Source of the DNA: Dehalococcoidia bacterium
GTDB lineage: Bacteria > Chloroflexota > Dehalococcoidia > Lucifugimonadales > Australimonadaceae
Length of the DNA: 64,000 nucleotides
Reading direction: 5' to 3'
Assembly: GCA_965220205.1 (NCBI GenBank)
Contig: OZ244812.1
Location: forward strand, 2,089,678-2,153,677
This document shows positions 38,655 to 47,899 of the stretch, piece after piece. Made by a program: the position numbers and the translations under genes. Every line of letters begins with the position of its first letter. The stretch's first letter is position 1. A model generated the notes under the pieces. It saw nothing but the letters and a program-made list of their open reading frames with translations. It was not told the DNA's origin and made no database searches.

Positions 38655-40103
38655 ATGCGAGGCCTTGGAGAATGTCAGATAACTGTCAGTGATAGTCGTG
38701 ATTATGCCAGAGCGCAACAGAGGAGGGTCACGCCATTGCCGGACGGCGATCGAGGGAGCGAGGGGCCGGACGCCTCAGTCCTGCTTCAGTACGAGAACGA
38801 CCCGCGGGGCTTTGTCGCGCAAGTGCTGGGCGGGACGGGCGAGCCGTACGCCAAGCAGGAGGAAATGCTCGACGCGGTTGCGACGCGCCGCAGGGTGACG
38901 GTGGTGGGCTGCAACGGCTCGGGGAAGGACTGGGCGGCGGCCCGCATTGTGCTCTGGTGGGTCGCGACGCGCCCGCGCGCGAAAACGATCGTCACGGGAC
39001 CGACGCAGCGTCAGGTGGAGGAGGTGGTGTGGCGGGAGATGCGCATCGCCTACGCGACGGCGGCCGGGGCGCTTCCGGGACAGATGCACGCGTCGCGCTA
39101 CGTGATCGACGATCAACGCTTCGCGCTCGGCTTCGCGACGGACCACCCGTACAACCTGCAGGGGTTCCACTCGCCGAGCCTGATGGTCGTGGTCACGGAA
39201 GCGCATGCGGTTGCTCAGGAGCATATGAACGCGCTCAAGCGCCTCAACCCGAAGCTGGTGTTGCTGACGGGCAACCCGCTGACCGTGAGCGGAGAGTTCT
39301 ATGACTCGCACCACGGCAACAGCACGCTCTACGCCCAGATCGGGATCAGCGCGTTCGATACGCCGAACGTAGCGTCGGGCAGAAACGACGCCGTCCCGGG
39401 GATGCTCACGATGGAGGACGTCGAGGAGCGCCGCGTCGAGTGGGGCGAAGACCACCCGATGTACGTCGCGTCGATACTGGGGCAGTTCCCCGAGTCGCTG
39501 GAAGACACGTTGGTCTCGCGGACGCAACTGAGCGACGCGGTGGAGCGGTGGCGCCTGACGGCGCCGGAATCGGGCAAGGAATGGGTGATGGGGGTGGACG
39601 TCGCCCGTTTCGGCGCGGACAAGTCGGTCCTGTGCCTGCGGCGCGGCGGACGGGTGGAGGAGATCGTGAGCCGTCGCGGGCTCAGCACGATGCAGCTGGC
39701 CGGACTCATCGTCGACCGACTGAAGCGCCACGACATCAGGGCGGTGTTCGTCGACGCGGCGGGCGTGGGCGGGGGCGTGGTCGACCGGCTGAAGGAGAAC
39801 AACCATCCGGTGATCGAGGTGCAGGTAGGGGCGTCGTCGAGCAACTCGGAGCGGTACGCGAACCTGCGCGCCGAGCTGTTCTGGGAGCTGCGCCGGCGGT
39901 TCAGGGAAGGCGCGATCGCGATTCCCGACGATCCGGAGCTGGCAGGCCAGCTGCTGGCGATTCGATACGAGTACACGTCGAGCGGACAGGTCCAGCTCGA
40001 GAGCAAGAAGAAGATGAAGGCCCAGGGCGGCGCGTCGCCCGACAAGGCGGACGCGCTGGCGCTCGCGTTCATGGGAACGCCGTCGCTGGACGTTTGGATA
40101 TAG
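38655..40103 (+). CDS. phage terminase large subunit
   Basis: Walker A VVGCNGSGKD, Walker B LMVVVTEAH, nuclease-domain motifs MGVDVARFGADKSV, VFVDAAGVGGGVVDRL and SPDKADALALAF. The upstream part of ORF 38292.. is repeat DNA. Confidence 0.88.
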   Translation: MRGLGECQITVSDSRDYARAQQRRVTPLPDGDRGSEGPDASVLLQYENDPRGFVAQVLGGTGEPYAKQEEMLDAVATRRRVTVVGCNGSGKDWAAARIVLWWVATRPRAKTIVTGPTQRQVEEVVWREMRIAYATAAGALPGQMHASRYVIDDQRFALGFATDHPYNLQGFHSPSLMVVVTEAHAVAQEHMNALKRLNPKLVLLTGNPLTVSGEFYDSHHGNSTLYAQIGISAFDTPNVASGRNDAVPGMLTMEDVEERRVEWGEDHPMYVASILGQFPESLEDTLVSRTQLSDAVERWRLTAPESGKEWVMGVDVARFGADKSVLCLRRGGRVEEIVSRRGLSTMQLAGLIVDRLKRHDIRAVFVDAAGVGGGVVDRLKENNHPVIEVQVGASSSNSERYANLRAELFWELRRRFREGAIAIPDDPELAGQLLAIRYEYTSSGQVQLESKKKMKAQGGASPDKADALALAFMGTPSLDVWI

Positions 40104-40254
40104 GGGAATCTCTGAACAGTCGCCGATGCCCTCAGCAGTGCGGAAGGGAGACTGGGCTCCCCCAATCCGTTCTGGAACCCCCCTTCGACAGGCTCGGGAC
40201 AGGCTTCGACAGGCTCAGGGCGAACGGATTGGGACGGAGTTATTCAGAGGTTCC
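40104..40254. mobile_element. MITE (151 bp), same family as 20504..20659
   Basis: GGGAATCTCTGAAC ... TTCAGAGGTTCC, flanked by TAG on both sides. The left TAG is the terminase stop codon. Confidence 0.85.
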
Positions 40255-40331
40255 TAGCCGCGAGGGCAGGCGCTAGCGGCGGAGAGGTCCGAGCAAAGAA
40301 GCCGGGAAGCTATGACAGGAGGTAACGAGAG

Positions 40332-41513
40332 ATGCTGAAGTCGATGCGGAGACTGTTCGAGACGCCGGCGCCGACGGAACGCGCGAACGCGCCGCTGGCG
40401 GTGGGCATGCGACTGTTGCAGCCCGACCGCGGCGTTGGCGGCGAGTGGCAGTCGCCGGTGTACGGCGAGTACTACGCCCGCAGCGCCGACGTGTACGCGG
40501 CGGTGAAGCTGCGGGGCGAGGCGGTGGCGCGGCCCCCGCTGGTCGTGCGGACGCGGGACGCGTCGGGAGTCTCGCGCGCCGCGCCGCCAAGCCACCCGGT
40601 GCAACATCTCCTCGATTCGGTCAACCCGTTCTGGAGCAAGTCGGGGTTGCTCATCGCGACGGAGACGTACCTGTGCCTATGGGGCTCGGCGTTCTGGTTC
40701 CTCGGCCATTCGGAGCGGGCCGGGAGCGTTCCGGACGAGATATGGCCGCTCCGGCCGGACCGCGTGCGGGTGGTGCGCGACGCGAGGCGGTACATATCGG
40801 GGTTCGTGTACACGGAGGCGGGCCAGGACCTGCCGATGCTGCCCGAGGAGGTGGTCTGGTTCCGCTACTTCAACCCGTTGGAGGAGTTCTCGGGCCTCTC
40901 GCCGATGGCGGCGGCGCGGCTGACGGCCGATATGGGCATGGACGCGCTCCGCTTCAATCGCGAGTTCTTCCGGAACGGGGCCCAGCCGCAGGACCTCGTC
41001 TTCCGGGCGCGAGGGCCGGTGACCGACGACCAGGTGGCGGACTTCTACGCGCGGTTGGAGCAGCGGTTCACGGGTCCATCGCGGGCGCACCGGCCCATCG
41101 TCACGGGCGACGGGTGGGAGGTGCAGCGACTCGGCGTCAACCAGCGGGACATGGAATGGCTGGCGGGCCTGCGGTGGAGCTTGGAGGGCGTGGCGCGGGT
41201 GTTCGGCGTGCCGCTGCCGCTACTCGAGGACTTCTCGCACGCGACGCTGAACAACGTGCGCGAGGCGCGTCGGATGTTCTGGGAGAAGACGATGGTCCCG
41301 GAGACGGTGTTCCTGACCGACGCGATCAACCAGGGGTTGCTGCCGCGCCTGGGCCCACAGGCGCAGGGCGCGGAGGTCGCGTTCGACCTGAGCGTCGTCG
41401 AAGCGCTCGGCGAGACGGAGTCAGAGCGAACGCGGCGGCACGTGGCGCTGGTCAACGCGGGGATCATGACGGTCGACGAGGCGCGCGCCGAGCGGGGTCT
41501 TGGCGCGGGCTGA
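40332..41513 (+). CDS. phage portal protein (HK97-type)
   Basis: 393 aa, RBS AGGAGG. Position between terminase and protease, and portal-like sequence pattern (by eye). Confidence 0.8.
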   Translation: MLKSMRRLFETPAPTERANAPLAVGMRLLQPDRGVGGEWQSPVYGEYYARSADVYAAVKLRGEAVARPPLVVRTRDASGVSRAAPPSHPVQHLLDSVNPFWSKSGLLIATETYLCLWGSAFWFLGHSERAGSVPDEIWPLRPDRVRVVRDARRYISGFVYTEAGQDLPMLPEEVVWFRYFNPLEEFSGLSPMAAARLTADMGMDALRFNREFFRNGAQPQDLVFRARGPVTDDQVADFYARLEQRFTGPSRAHRPIVTGDGWEVQRLGVNQRDMEWLAGLRWSLEGVARVFGVPLPLLEDFSHATLNNVREARRMFWEKTMVPETVFLTDAINQGLLPRLGPQAQGAEVAFDLSVVEALGETESERTRRHVALVNAGIMTVDEARAERGLGAG

Positions 41514-41602
41514 GGGGTACAGACCGGGAAGATGTGATAGAACCTCAGTGCTGGAAGTCCCCGCAAGGGGACGGTCAAGCGCGACCCGCGAGGGGAGGAA
41601 TC

Positions 41603-42643
41603 ATGCGATATCGGGAAGTAGGGAACACGGGGATCCGCATATCCGAGATCGGGTTTGGCGGCGGCGGCAACGCCGGGCTCATGGTGCGGGGCAGCGCCGA
41701 GCAACAGCTGGACGCCATCGAGCGGGCCATCGAGTTGGGGATCAACTACTTCGACCAGGCCCCCGACTACGGCGACGGCGTCTCCGAGACGAACCTCGGC
41801 CGCGCGCTCAAGGAGCTGGGCGTTCGTCCGTACATCGGCACCAAGGTCGAGGTGCGAGCCGACAACCTCTCCGATATCGCGGGACACGTCGTTCGCTCCG
41901 TGGATGAGAGCCTCGACCGGCTCGGCGTGGAGTACGTCGACTTTCTCCAGATACACAACGGCCCGGTGTCCGAGCGTTCAGAGCTCTCGGGCCGCAGCTA
42001 CACGCACCTGTGGATCGAGCACTACTTGGGCCCCGGCGGCGCACTCGAGGGCATGCAACGGGTCCAGCGCGCCGGGAAGACCCGGCACATCGGTTTCATC
42101 ACGCGGGGGAACGACGCCCCGGCGGCGCGGCGGCTCATCGACACGGGCGCGTTCAGCCTGATCAACGCGTCGGTGAACCTGTTCAACCCCTCCGCGTCGG
42201 TGCGGCCCTACGGGATGCGGCTGCGGGCGGACTACGGGGGAATCCTGGGCTACGCCGCGGACCACGGCGTGGGCGCCGCGATCTACAGTCCGCTCGCCGG
42301 GGGAGCCGTGACCGACAACGCGGCCGTCGGCGGTCCGCCGCACCCGTTGGGCCGCGGCGCCCGCGACCCCGAGAGCGGAGAGGTCGCGGCAGCGCAGTCG
42401 CGAGCGCTGCGGTTCCTCTCGCGGGCGCTGAGTCCCGACTCGCAGATGGACGACCATAGCCTCGCCGAGGCCGGCCTGCGATGGGTGCTGGCGCAGAAGG
42501 GCGTCACCGTGGCGCTCGGCGGATTCTCCGACCGCCAACAGGTCGAGGAGAACGCCTCCTACTCCGGAAAGGGGCCCCTTTCCGAGGAGAACATGGCGCG
42601 CCTCGAACAGGCGTGGCGCGGGAACTTCGGGTTGGACGGCTAG
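41603..42643 (+). CDS. aldo/keto reductase
   Basis: MRYREVGNTGIRISEIGFGGG..., INYFDQAPDYG, IGTKV and YSPLAGG motifs. RBS GGAGGAA. Confidence 0.9.
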   Translation: MRYREVGNTGIRISEIGFGGGGNAGLMVRGSAEQQLDAIERAIELGINYFDQAPDYGDGVSETNLGRALKELGVRPYIGTKVEVRADNLSDIAGHVVRSVDESLDRLGVEYVDFLQIHNGPVSERSELSGRSYTHLWIEHYLGPGGALEGMQRVQRAGKTRHIGFITRGNDAPAARRLIDTGAFSLINASVNLFNPSASVRPYGMRLRADYGGILGYAADHGVGAAIYSPLAGGAVTDNAAVGGPPHPLGRGARDPESGEVAAAQSRALRFLSRALSPDSQMDDHSLAEAGLRWVLAQKGVTVALGGFSDRQQVEENASYSGKGPLSEENMARLEQAWRGNFGLDG

Positions 42644-42803
42644 GGCGTCTATCGTCAGCGCTATTCAGTGATGGCTCGCACGTCGGCTGAGTACGCCACA
42701 CGCCAACGGAGGACGCCATGAGCCCCGGCCGCCTCGCAGCAATCGGCATGATCGCCGCACTCATGGGATTCGTGGCCTTCGGAATCGCCCGCGACTTGGC
42801 TAA

Positions 42804-43996
42804 GGAATCTCTGAACAAGTCTATAGGTTGAGGCAGTATCCTGGCAGTCACCCAGTGGCGCCAGGGAGTGAAGCGATGATGGACCAACCGACCTTTGCAG
42901 ACGTGGACTACGAGAGCAAGAAGCGCAAGACCCGCAGGGAGCGATTTCTCGAACGCATGGGCGGGCTGATCCCCTGGGAACGGCTGGAAGGGCGCATCCG
43001 TCCCTTCTACCCCACGGCGGGCCGGGGACGCCATCCGTATGCCCTGTCGGCGATGCTGCGGATTCACTGCGTGCAGCTGTTCTACAACCTCAGCGACCCC
43101 GGCATGGAGGACCTGCTGTACGACGTGGAGTCGGTGCGGCGGTTCGTGGGCTTGAAGCTGTCGGAGCCGCTGCCGGACGAGACCACCATCCTGAACTTCC
43201 GTCATCTGTTGGAGGAGCACGAACTGGGGGAGGGACTGTTCGCGGAGATCAAAGGGCATCTGGCGTCCCAGGGACTCCTGCTCCAGGAAGGGACAATCAT
43301 GGACGCGAGCATCATCGAGGCGCCGTCGTCGACGAAGAATCGAGCGGGTGCGCGAGACCCGGAGATGCACCAAGTGAAGAAGGGGAACAGGTGGCATTTC
43401 GGGATGAAGGTGCACATCGGGGTGGACGCGGAGACGGGGGTGGTGCACAGCGTCGCGACGACGCCGGCCAATGTGAACGACGTGACGGAAGCGCACCGGT
43501 TGCTGCACGGCGGCGAGTCGCAGGTGTGGGGCGATGCCGGGTATCAGGGAGTCCAGAAGCGGGCGGAGCATCGGGGGCTGGAGGTGGAGTGGCAGGTGGC
43601 GATGCGACCGGGCCAACGTCGGCAGTTGGAGCCGGGAAGCCCTGAGGCGTTGGCGGAGAAGGGCAAGGCGTCGGTCCGGGCGAAGGTGGAGCATCCGTTC
43701 CTGTACGTCAAACGGCACTTTGGCTACGCCAAGGTCCGCTACCGGGGGCTGGCCAAGAACACGCAACGGCTGATGGTGCTGCTGGGGCTGGCGAACCTGA
43801 TGAGAGCCCAGCGGTGCTTGGCGGCATGACGGAGGCGCAGTGGGTTCAGATCGGGGTTGGGAGCAGGGAATCCGCCCCAGCAGGGTCGGTAGAAGACCCC
43901 CAACAGCCCCGTTCACGGCACCAGCAGAGGGCTGCGAATCGCTGAAGAGCCCCCCACCAACACCACTCGGCCGACTGTGAGTTGTTCAGAGGTTCC
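42804..43996 (+). mobile_element. IS5-family insertion sequence (1193 bp)
   Basis: Inverted repeats GGAATCTCTGAACAAG / GTTGTTCAGAGGTTCC. 4-bp target duplication CTAA at 42800-42803 and 43997-44000. Confidence 0.9.
42876..43829 (+). CDS. IS5-family DDE transposase
   Basis: MMDQPTFADVDYESKKRKTRRERFL..., IMDASIIEAPSS, WHFGMKVHIGVD, GDAGYQG and the C-terminal YRGL..N motif typical of IS5. Confidence 0.92.
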   Translation: MMDQPTFADVDYESKKRKTRRERFLERMGGLIPWERLEGRIRPFYPTAGRGRHPYALSAMLRIHCVQLFYNLSDPGMEDLLYDVESVRRFVGLKLSEPLPDETTILNFRHLLEEHELGEGLFAEIKGHLASQGLLLQEGTIMDASIIEAPSSTKNRAGARDPEMHQVKKGNRWHFGMKVHIGVDAETGVVHSVATTPANVNDVTEAHRLLHGGESQVWGDAGYQGVQKRAEHRGLEVEWQVAMRPGQRRQLEPGSPEALAEKGKASVRAKVEHPFLYVKRHFGYAKVRYRGLAKNTQRLMVLLGLANLMRAQRCLAA

Positions 43997-44702
43997 CTAA
44001 CGATGAGTTGACCGAACCGCTTGTTAGACTCGCCTGGGTAATCATCGGCGGCCTCTTGGCGTACAAGGTCTACGCCAACCGGCCAACCGCAGAGCCGTAC
44101 GCAGACGGAAAGCGCACTTTGTCGACCAACCGGGCGGTCTCGCTCGCCCTCCTGCTCTTGCCAGCGAGCTCCTGGGCCGGTCGCGCCACCGTCGACATCA
44201 TCCTCTACAACGAGTTCGGAACGTCCGCGGTCAAGTTCGCACTCGCGGCCGTCCTAGTCGGAATCGCCGCCATCGTCTACGCAAGACGGCCTGTCCATTG
44301 GTTCGACGAGGAACGGCGTCGCCGTCGGCGTGAGAACAACCAAGGGCCGCCCCCTCCCCTTCCGAGAGACGCCGAAGCGATGCTTCGCCTCGACAATCCC
44401 CCGAACAGACGCATGCGCTGATCGCGGTGAAGTCCTGTTCCCACTCCTTGAGAGTGGGGGCGACACCCCCCACGGCCGTCCTTGTTATTGACGTCGTTAC
44501 TGTGACATCGTGTCGTTGTATCTATGACGCTTCGCGCCTAGACTGATACCTACAGCGCATAAGCGGGGGACGAGCCCCCGGCGCTCCTTCGAAGGAAGGA
44601 CGCTGGGGGCTTTGTCGTGAGGGCCCGCCGCAAGGGACGCCCCGGCGGTCGTCTCTTCTCATCCGAGGCGTTGTTCAAGGTGCTGTTCGAGGGGAGGCGT
44701 GC

Positions 44703-45398
44703 ATGAGCACAACGGAGACCGAGACCGGGACCGACGGCGCGCGGTGGAGTCGAGACGTTTGGGAACGTGAGCGACTGCTCGAGTCGCTCGAATCGTACCG
44801 GCGCGGCCTGGCGGACGCGCCGACGGTGCAGAAGCACGCAGTAGGCCAGGCGCTCGTCCCGAACACCGACCGTCCGCTGACGTTCGTCGCGTCCGACGAG
44901 GCGGAGGACCGCCTGGGCGACATCGTCCGGGCCGGCGGGTGGGACCTGGACGCGTACAAGCGCAACCCCGTCTTCCTGTGGGCCCACGACTACACGCGGA
45001 CGCCGATCGGGCGCAGCGACTGGGTCGGCGTCGAGGACGGGCGGCTGCTGGCGACGGTGGGATTCGCTCCCACGGCGTTCGCGCAGGAAGTGGAGACGTT
45101 GTACCGCCACCGTTTCCTGCGGGCCGTGAGCGTGGGGTTCCGCCCCCAGGCGTTCACGTTCCGCAAGGGGCGCAACGGGGGCCTCGACGGGGTGGAGTAC
45201 TCGAAGCAGGAGCTGTTGGAGGTCAGCGCCGTGCCGGTGCCGGCCAACCCGCGGACGCTGGCCAAGGCGCTCGAAGGGGGTCTGGCCGTGCCGCGACTGC
45301 GGCCGCTGTTCACGCCCGGCGGCGGCGAGGAGGTGTGCGAGGACGCCGCGGCGGAGGTGATCGCGGGGCTGCGCCAGCTGCGCGCGAGCCTGGCGTAG
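44703..45398 (+). CDS. HK97-family prohead protease
   Basis: FVASDEAEDRLGDIV...NPVFLWAHD...AVSVGF pattern of S78 prohead proteases. Confidence 0.85.
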   Translation: MSTTETETGTDGARWSRDVWERERLLESLESYRRGLADAPTVQKHAVGQALVPNTDRPLTFVASDEAEDRLGDIVRAGGWDLDAYKRNPVFLWAHDYTRTPIGRSDWVGVEDGRLLATVGFAPTAFAQEVETLYRHRFLRAVSVGFRPQAFTFRKGRNGGLDGVEYSKQELLEVSAVPVPANPRTLAKALEGGLAVPRLRPLFTPGGGEEVCEDAAAEVIAGLRQLRASLA

Positions 45399-45514
45399 GG
45401 AGCGGCTCTCGTTGGCGCCGACTCGGCGGGCAGGCGGACCGAGTGGACGAAGCGAAGAGAACGGAAGGAAGAGCACGGAAGAATGAAGAGGGAAGAAGGG
45501 AAGAAGGAGGCCCG

Positions 45515-46840
45515 ATGCCAGGCGTAGCGGAGATACAGCGAGAGATAGCGCAGACCCAATCCTTCGTGCAGGAGCGGCTCGACCCGATGCGGCGGGAGGT
45601 CGGTCTGTTGCGCGAGGAGCAGGAGCGGCTGGCGGGCGAGGTCCGCACGCTGCTTGCCCAGCAGCGGAGCGAGCGCCGCGACGCGGTGCTGAGCCGAGCG
45701 TCCAACGACCGTGTGCGCGTGCGCGGCGGACAGCTCGACGGCTTCGACATGGTCGACCTCGCGATCATGCGCAGCCTGTTGACCGCGCAGCAGGCCCGGC
45801 CGCAGGACTACGACTCGCGCGCGTTGCAGGCGTGGGAGCAGAGCGTGCAGCGCGCCATGGACTCGACGACCGCGGGCGCCGGCGACGAGCTGGTGGGCCG
45901 CGAGGAGGCGCGGCAGCTCTGGGCCGACGTCAACGTGGAGACGGCCGTCGCCTCGCTGTTCGAGACCGTGACGATGCCCAGCAACCCGTTCGACATCCCG
46001 CTCCAGTTGGGCGACGTCAACTGGTACCCGGGGACCGCCAATGTCGCGGTCTCCTCGACCAACCTCTCGACGGCGAAGCAGACGCTGACGGCCTACGAGC
46101 TCGTCGGCATGGTGCCCTGGGCCTACGAGCTGGACGAGGACGCGGTGATCGCGATGATGGCGGAGGTCCGGGCGACGCTGCTGCGCAACTCGGCCCAAGT
46201 GCTCGACGACATCGTCCTCAACGCGGACACGTCGCTCACCGGGAACATCAACTACGACGGGACCGCGCTCACCGCCACGACTGTGGGCCACGCCCACTAC
46301 CTCGTCGGGTTCGACGGTCTGGTCCACCTGCCGTTGGTCGACAACACGGCTATGCGCAACGACCACAACGCGGCCGTCTCCGCCGATATGTTCAACGAGC
46401 TCAGGCGCAAGCTGGGCAAGTACGGTCTACGCCCATCGGAGCTTGCGTTCGTGACGGACGTCAACACGTTCATCGCGGTCCAGAGCATCACCGAGTTCCA
46501 GACCGTGGACAAGCTCGGCACCAACGCCACGCTGCTGACGGGCCAGCTCGGCTCGGTCGAGGGCGTCCCCGTGGTCGTGTCGGAGCAGATGGCGCTCGCG
46601 GACGCCGACGGCAAGGTCACGGCGGCAGGGAACGTGGCCAGCACGGGCCGCCTGCTGCTGGTCAACCGGACGCAATGGCGCAAGGGCTTCAAGCGGGAGC
46701 TGCTCATCGAGACGGAACGCGACGTGCAGCGGCGGCAAAACGTGATGGTGGTGAGCATGCGCGTGGCGTTCGCCGAGCGCACCGGGTCGCGGACATCCGC
46801 CGCCCACACCGCGCTGCAGTTCAACATCACGGGCGTGTAG
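45515..46840 (+). CDS. HK97-fold major capsid protein
   Basis: 441 aa. N-terminal coiled-coil delta-like region, then capsid-like core. RBS GAAGGAGG. Position after the protease. Confidence 0.82.
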   Translation: MPGVAEIQREIAQTQSFVQERLDPMRREVGLLREEQERLAGEVRTLLAQQRSERRDAVLSRASNDRVRVRGGQLDGFDMVDLAIMRSLLTAQQARPQDYDSRALQAWEQSVQRAMDSTTAGAGDELVGREEARQLWADVNVETAVASLFETVTMPSNPFDIPLQLGDVNWYPGTANVAVSSTNLSTAKQTLTAYELVGMVPWAYELDEDAVIAMMAEVRATLLRNSAQVLDDIVLNADTSLTGNINYDGTALTATTVGHAHYLVGFDGLVHLPLVDNTAMRNDHNAAVSADMFNELRRKLGKYGLRPSELAFVTDVNTFIAVQSITEFQTVDKLGTNATLLTGQLGSVEGVPVVVSEQMALADADGKVTAAGNVASTGRLLLVNRTQWRKGFKRELLIETERDVQRRQNVMVVSMRVAFAERTGSRTSAAHTALQFNITGV

Positions 46841-46851
46841 GAGTGGCCGCA

Positions 46852-46875
46852 GGGGCGCCTCACGAGAGGCGCCCC
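46852..46875 (+). terminator. 10-bp GC hairpin after the capsid gene (no U-tract)
   Basis: GGGGCGCCTC-ACGA-GAGGCGCCCC. Confidence 0.4.
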
Positions 46876-46933
46876 GCGGCAACGGTGTGGCTCGTACGAA
46901 ACGACAACGAACGGACAAGAGGAGGCAACTCTC

Positions 46934-47377
46934 ATGGCAGACCCTCAGCGGGATGCTCCCATCGGCGAGATTCTGACGGCGTTGTTCCCGGCGTCCGGGA
47001 CGGCGGTGCTTCCCAAGGCGGCGAAGGCGCCGCTGGCCCAGACAGCGGGCAACGCGGGCGTGCTCTCGTGGCAGAACCCGGAGCCGGTCGCGGTGCTGGC
47101 GGCGGTGGTGATCGACGTCACCGCGGCCGCGGCAGGCCAGACAGCGGACGTCGGCGTCGACAAGGACGGCGCGGGCTCCAGCGACAACCTGCTCGACGGC
47201 GTGTCCCTGGCGAAGATTGGCGCTCTGTCGAGCTTCGCCAACTCCGGCACGCACGGCGCCGCCTTCCGCAAGGTCGACGCCCGTGGCGGCTCGCGCGACT
47301 ACATCACGGCGACGGCCAGCGCCGATCCGTCCGCGCTGGCCGGCAACGCCTACGTCATCTATGTCCCCGTCACCTGA
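46934..47377 (+). CDS. hypothetical head-module protein (147 aa)
   Basis: Good coding composition. Position directly after the capsid gene (decoration or scaffold-type slot). Confidence 0.55.
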   Translation: MADPQRDAPIGEILTALFPASGTAVLPKAAKAPLAQTAGNAGVLSWQNPEPVAVLAAVVIDVTAAAAGQTADVGVDKDGAGSSDNLLDGVSLAKIGALSSFANSGTHGAAFRKVDARGGSRDYITATASADPSALAGNAYVIYVPVT

Positions 47378-47424
47378 AGGGCCGGCAGCCCGAGAGCCGG
47401 TCGACCATAGAGAGAGGAGGGTCC

Positions 47425-47898
47425 ATGCCCACGACACCACCGTTCAGACGCGCCGCGCGGTCCGACTACGCGCCGAGCGTGCGCCCCCGGACCGCGGGGC
47501 CGGACGGTCAGCCGCAACTGACGCCGGGCTACCTGTCGGACCTGTCCGACACGAAGTTCCTGTATGTCTTCAGCGCTGGCCGGATAACCAGGCGCGCGAC
47601 GCTGGCGACGCCCTCCAGCGGCATGCGCCTGAGGGTCATACGCGTCGCGGTCCATCAACTAGTCTCGGACGGGGTGCACTACGCGGAGCTCTACTTTGGC
47701 GCCGGCGTAAACATCTCCATCCACCCCGACAAAGCCATCGACTTCATCCGGGTCCCCGACCAGGGCGAAGGGTCGTCCCGGTCGTGGGGCCGTGGCCGCG
47801 GACCCGTGGGGCAGCGGAACGAAGTGCTGAGCATGAGGTGGACGTTCGCGCCCGACGCCTCGCACCGCGTCATCGTCGAGTACACGGAGGAGAGATAG
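47425..47898 (+). CDS. hypothetical protein (157 aa)
   Basis: ATG behind GAGAGGAGGG. C-terminal part of long ORF 45832..47898; only this part looks coding. Confidence 0.55.
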   Translation: MPTTPPFRRAARSDYAPSVRPRTAGPDGQPQLTPGYLSDLSDTKFLYVFSAGRITRRATLATPSSGMRLRVIRVAVHQLVSDGVHYAELYFGAGVNISIHPDKAIDFIRVPDQGEGSSRSWGRGRGPVGQRNEVLSMRWTFAPDASHRVIVEYTEER

Positions 47899-47899
47899 C

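Larger units (their letters stand above)
42718..44421 (+). pseudogene. small membrane protein gene split by IS5 insertion (join 42718..42803, 44001..44421 restores a 168-aa ORF)
   Basis: Removing the IS and one CTAA copy fuses MSPGRLAAIGMIAALMGFVAFGIARDLA to NDELTEPLVRLAWVIIGGLLAYKVY... in frame (507 nt). Confidence 0.8.

Noticed and set aside
40445-42643. 732-aa ORF apparently fusing the portal region and the aldo/keto reductase
   Set aside because: Only the last 346 codons (from ATG 41603 with RBS GGAGGAA) look coding. The upstream part is the +1 frame of the portal gene.
42504-43916. 470-aa ORF antisense to the IS5 transposase
   Set aside because: The transposase strand shows conserved IS5 DDE motifs. 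The antisense ORF is Arg/Pro/Leu-rich and spans the IS boundary.
45832-47898. 688-aa ORF overlapping the capsid gene
   Set aside because: Arg/Gly-rich out-of-frame read through the capsid gene. Only its last 157 codons (47425..47898) have an RBS and protein-like composition.
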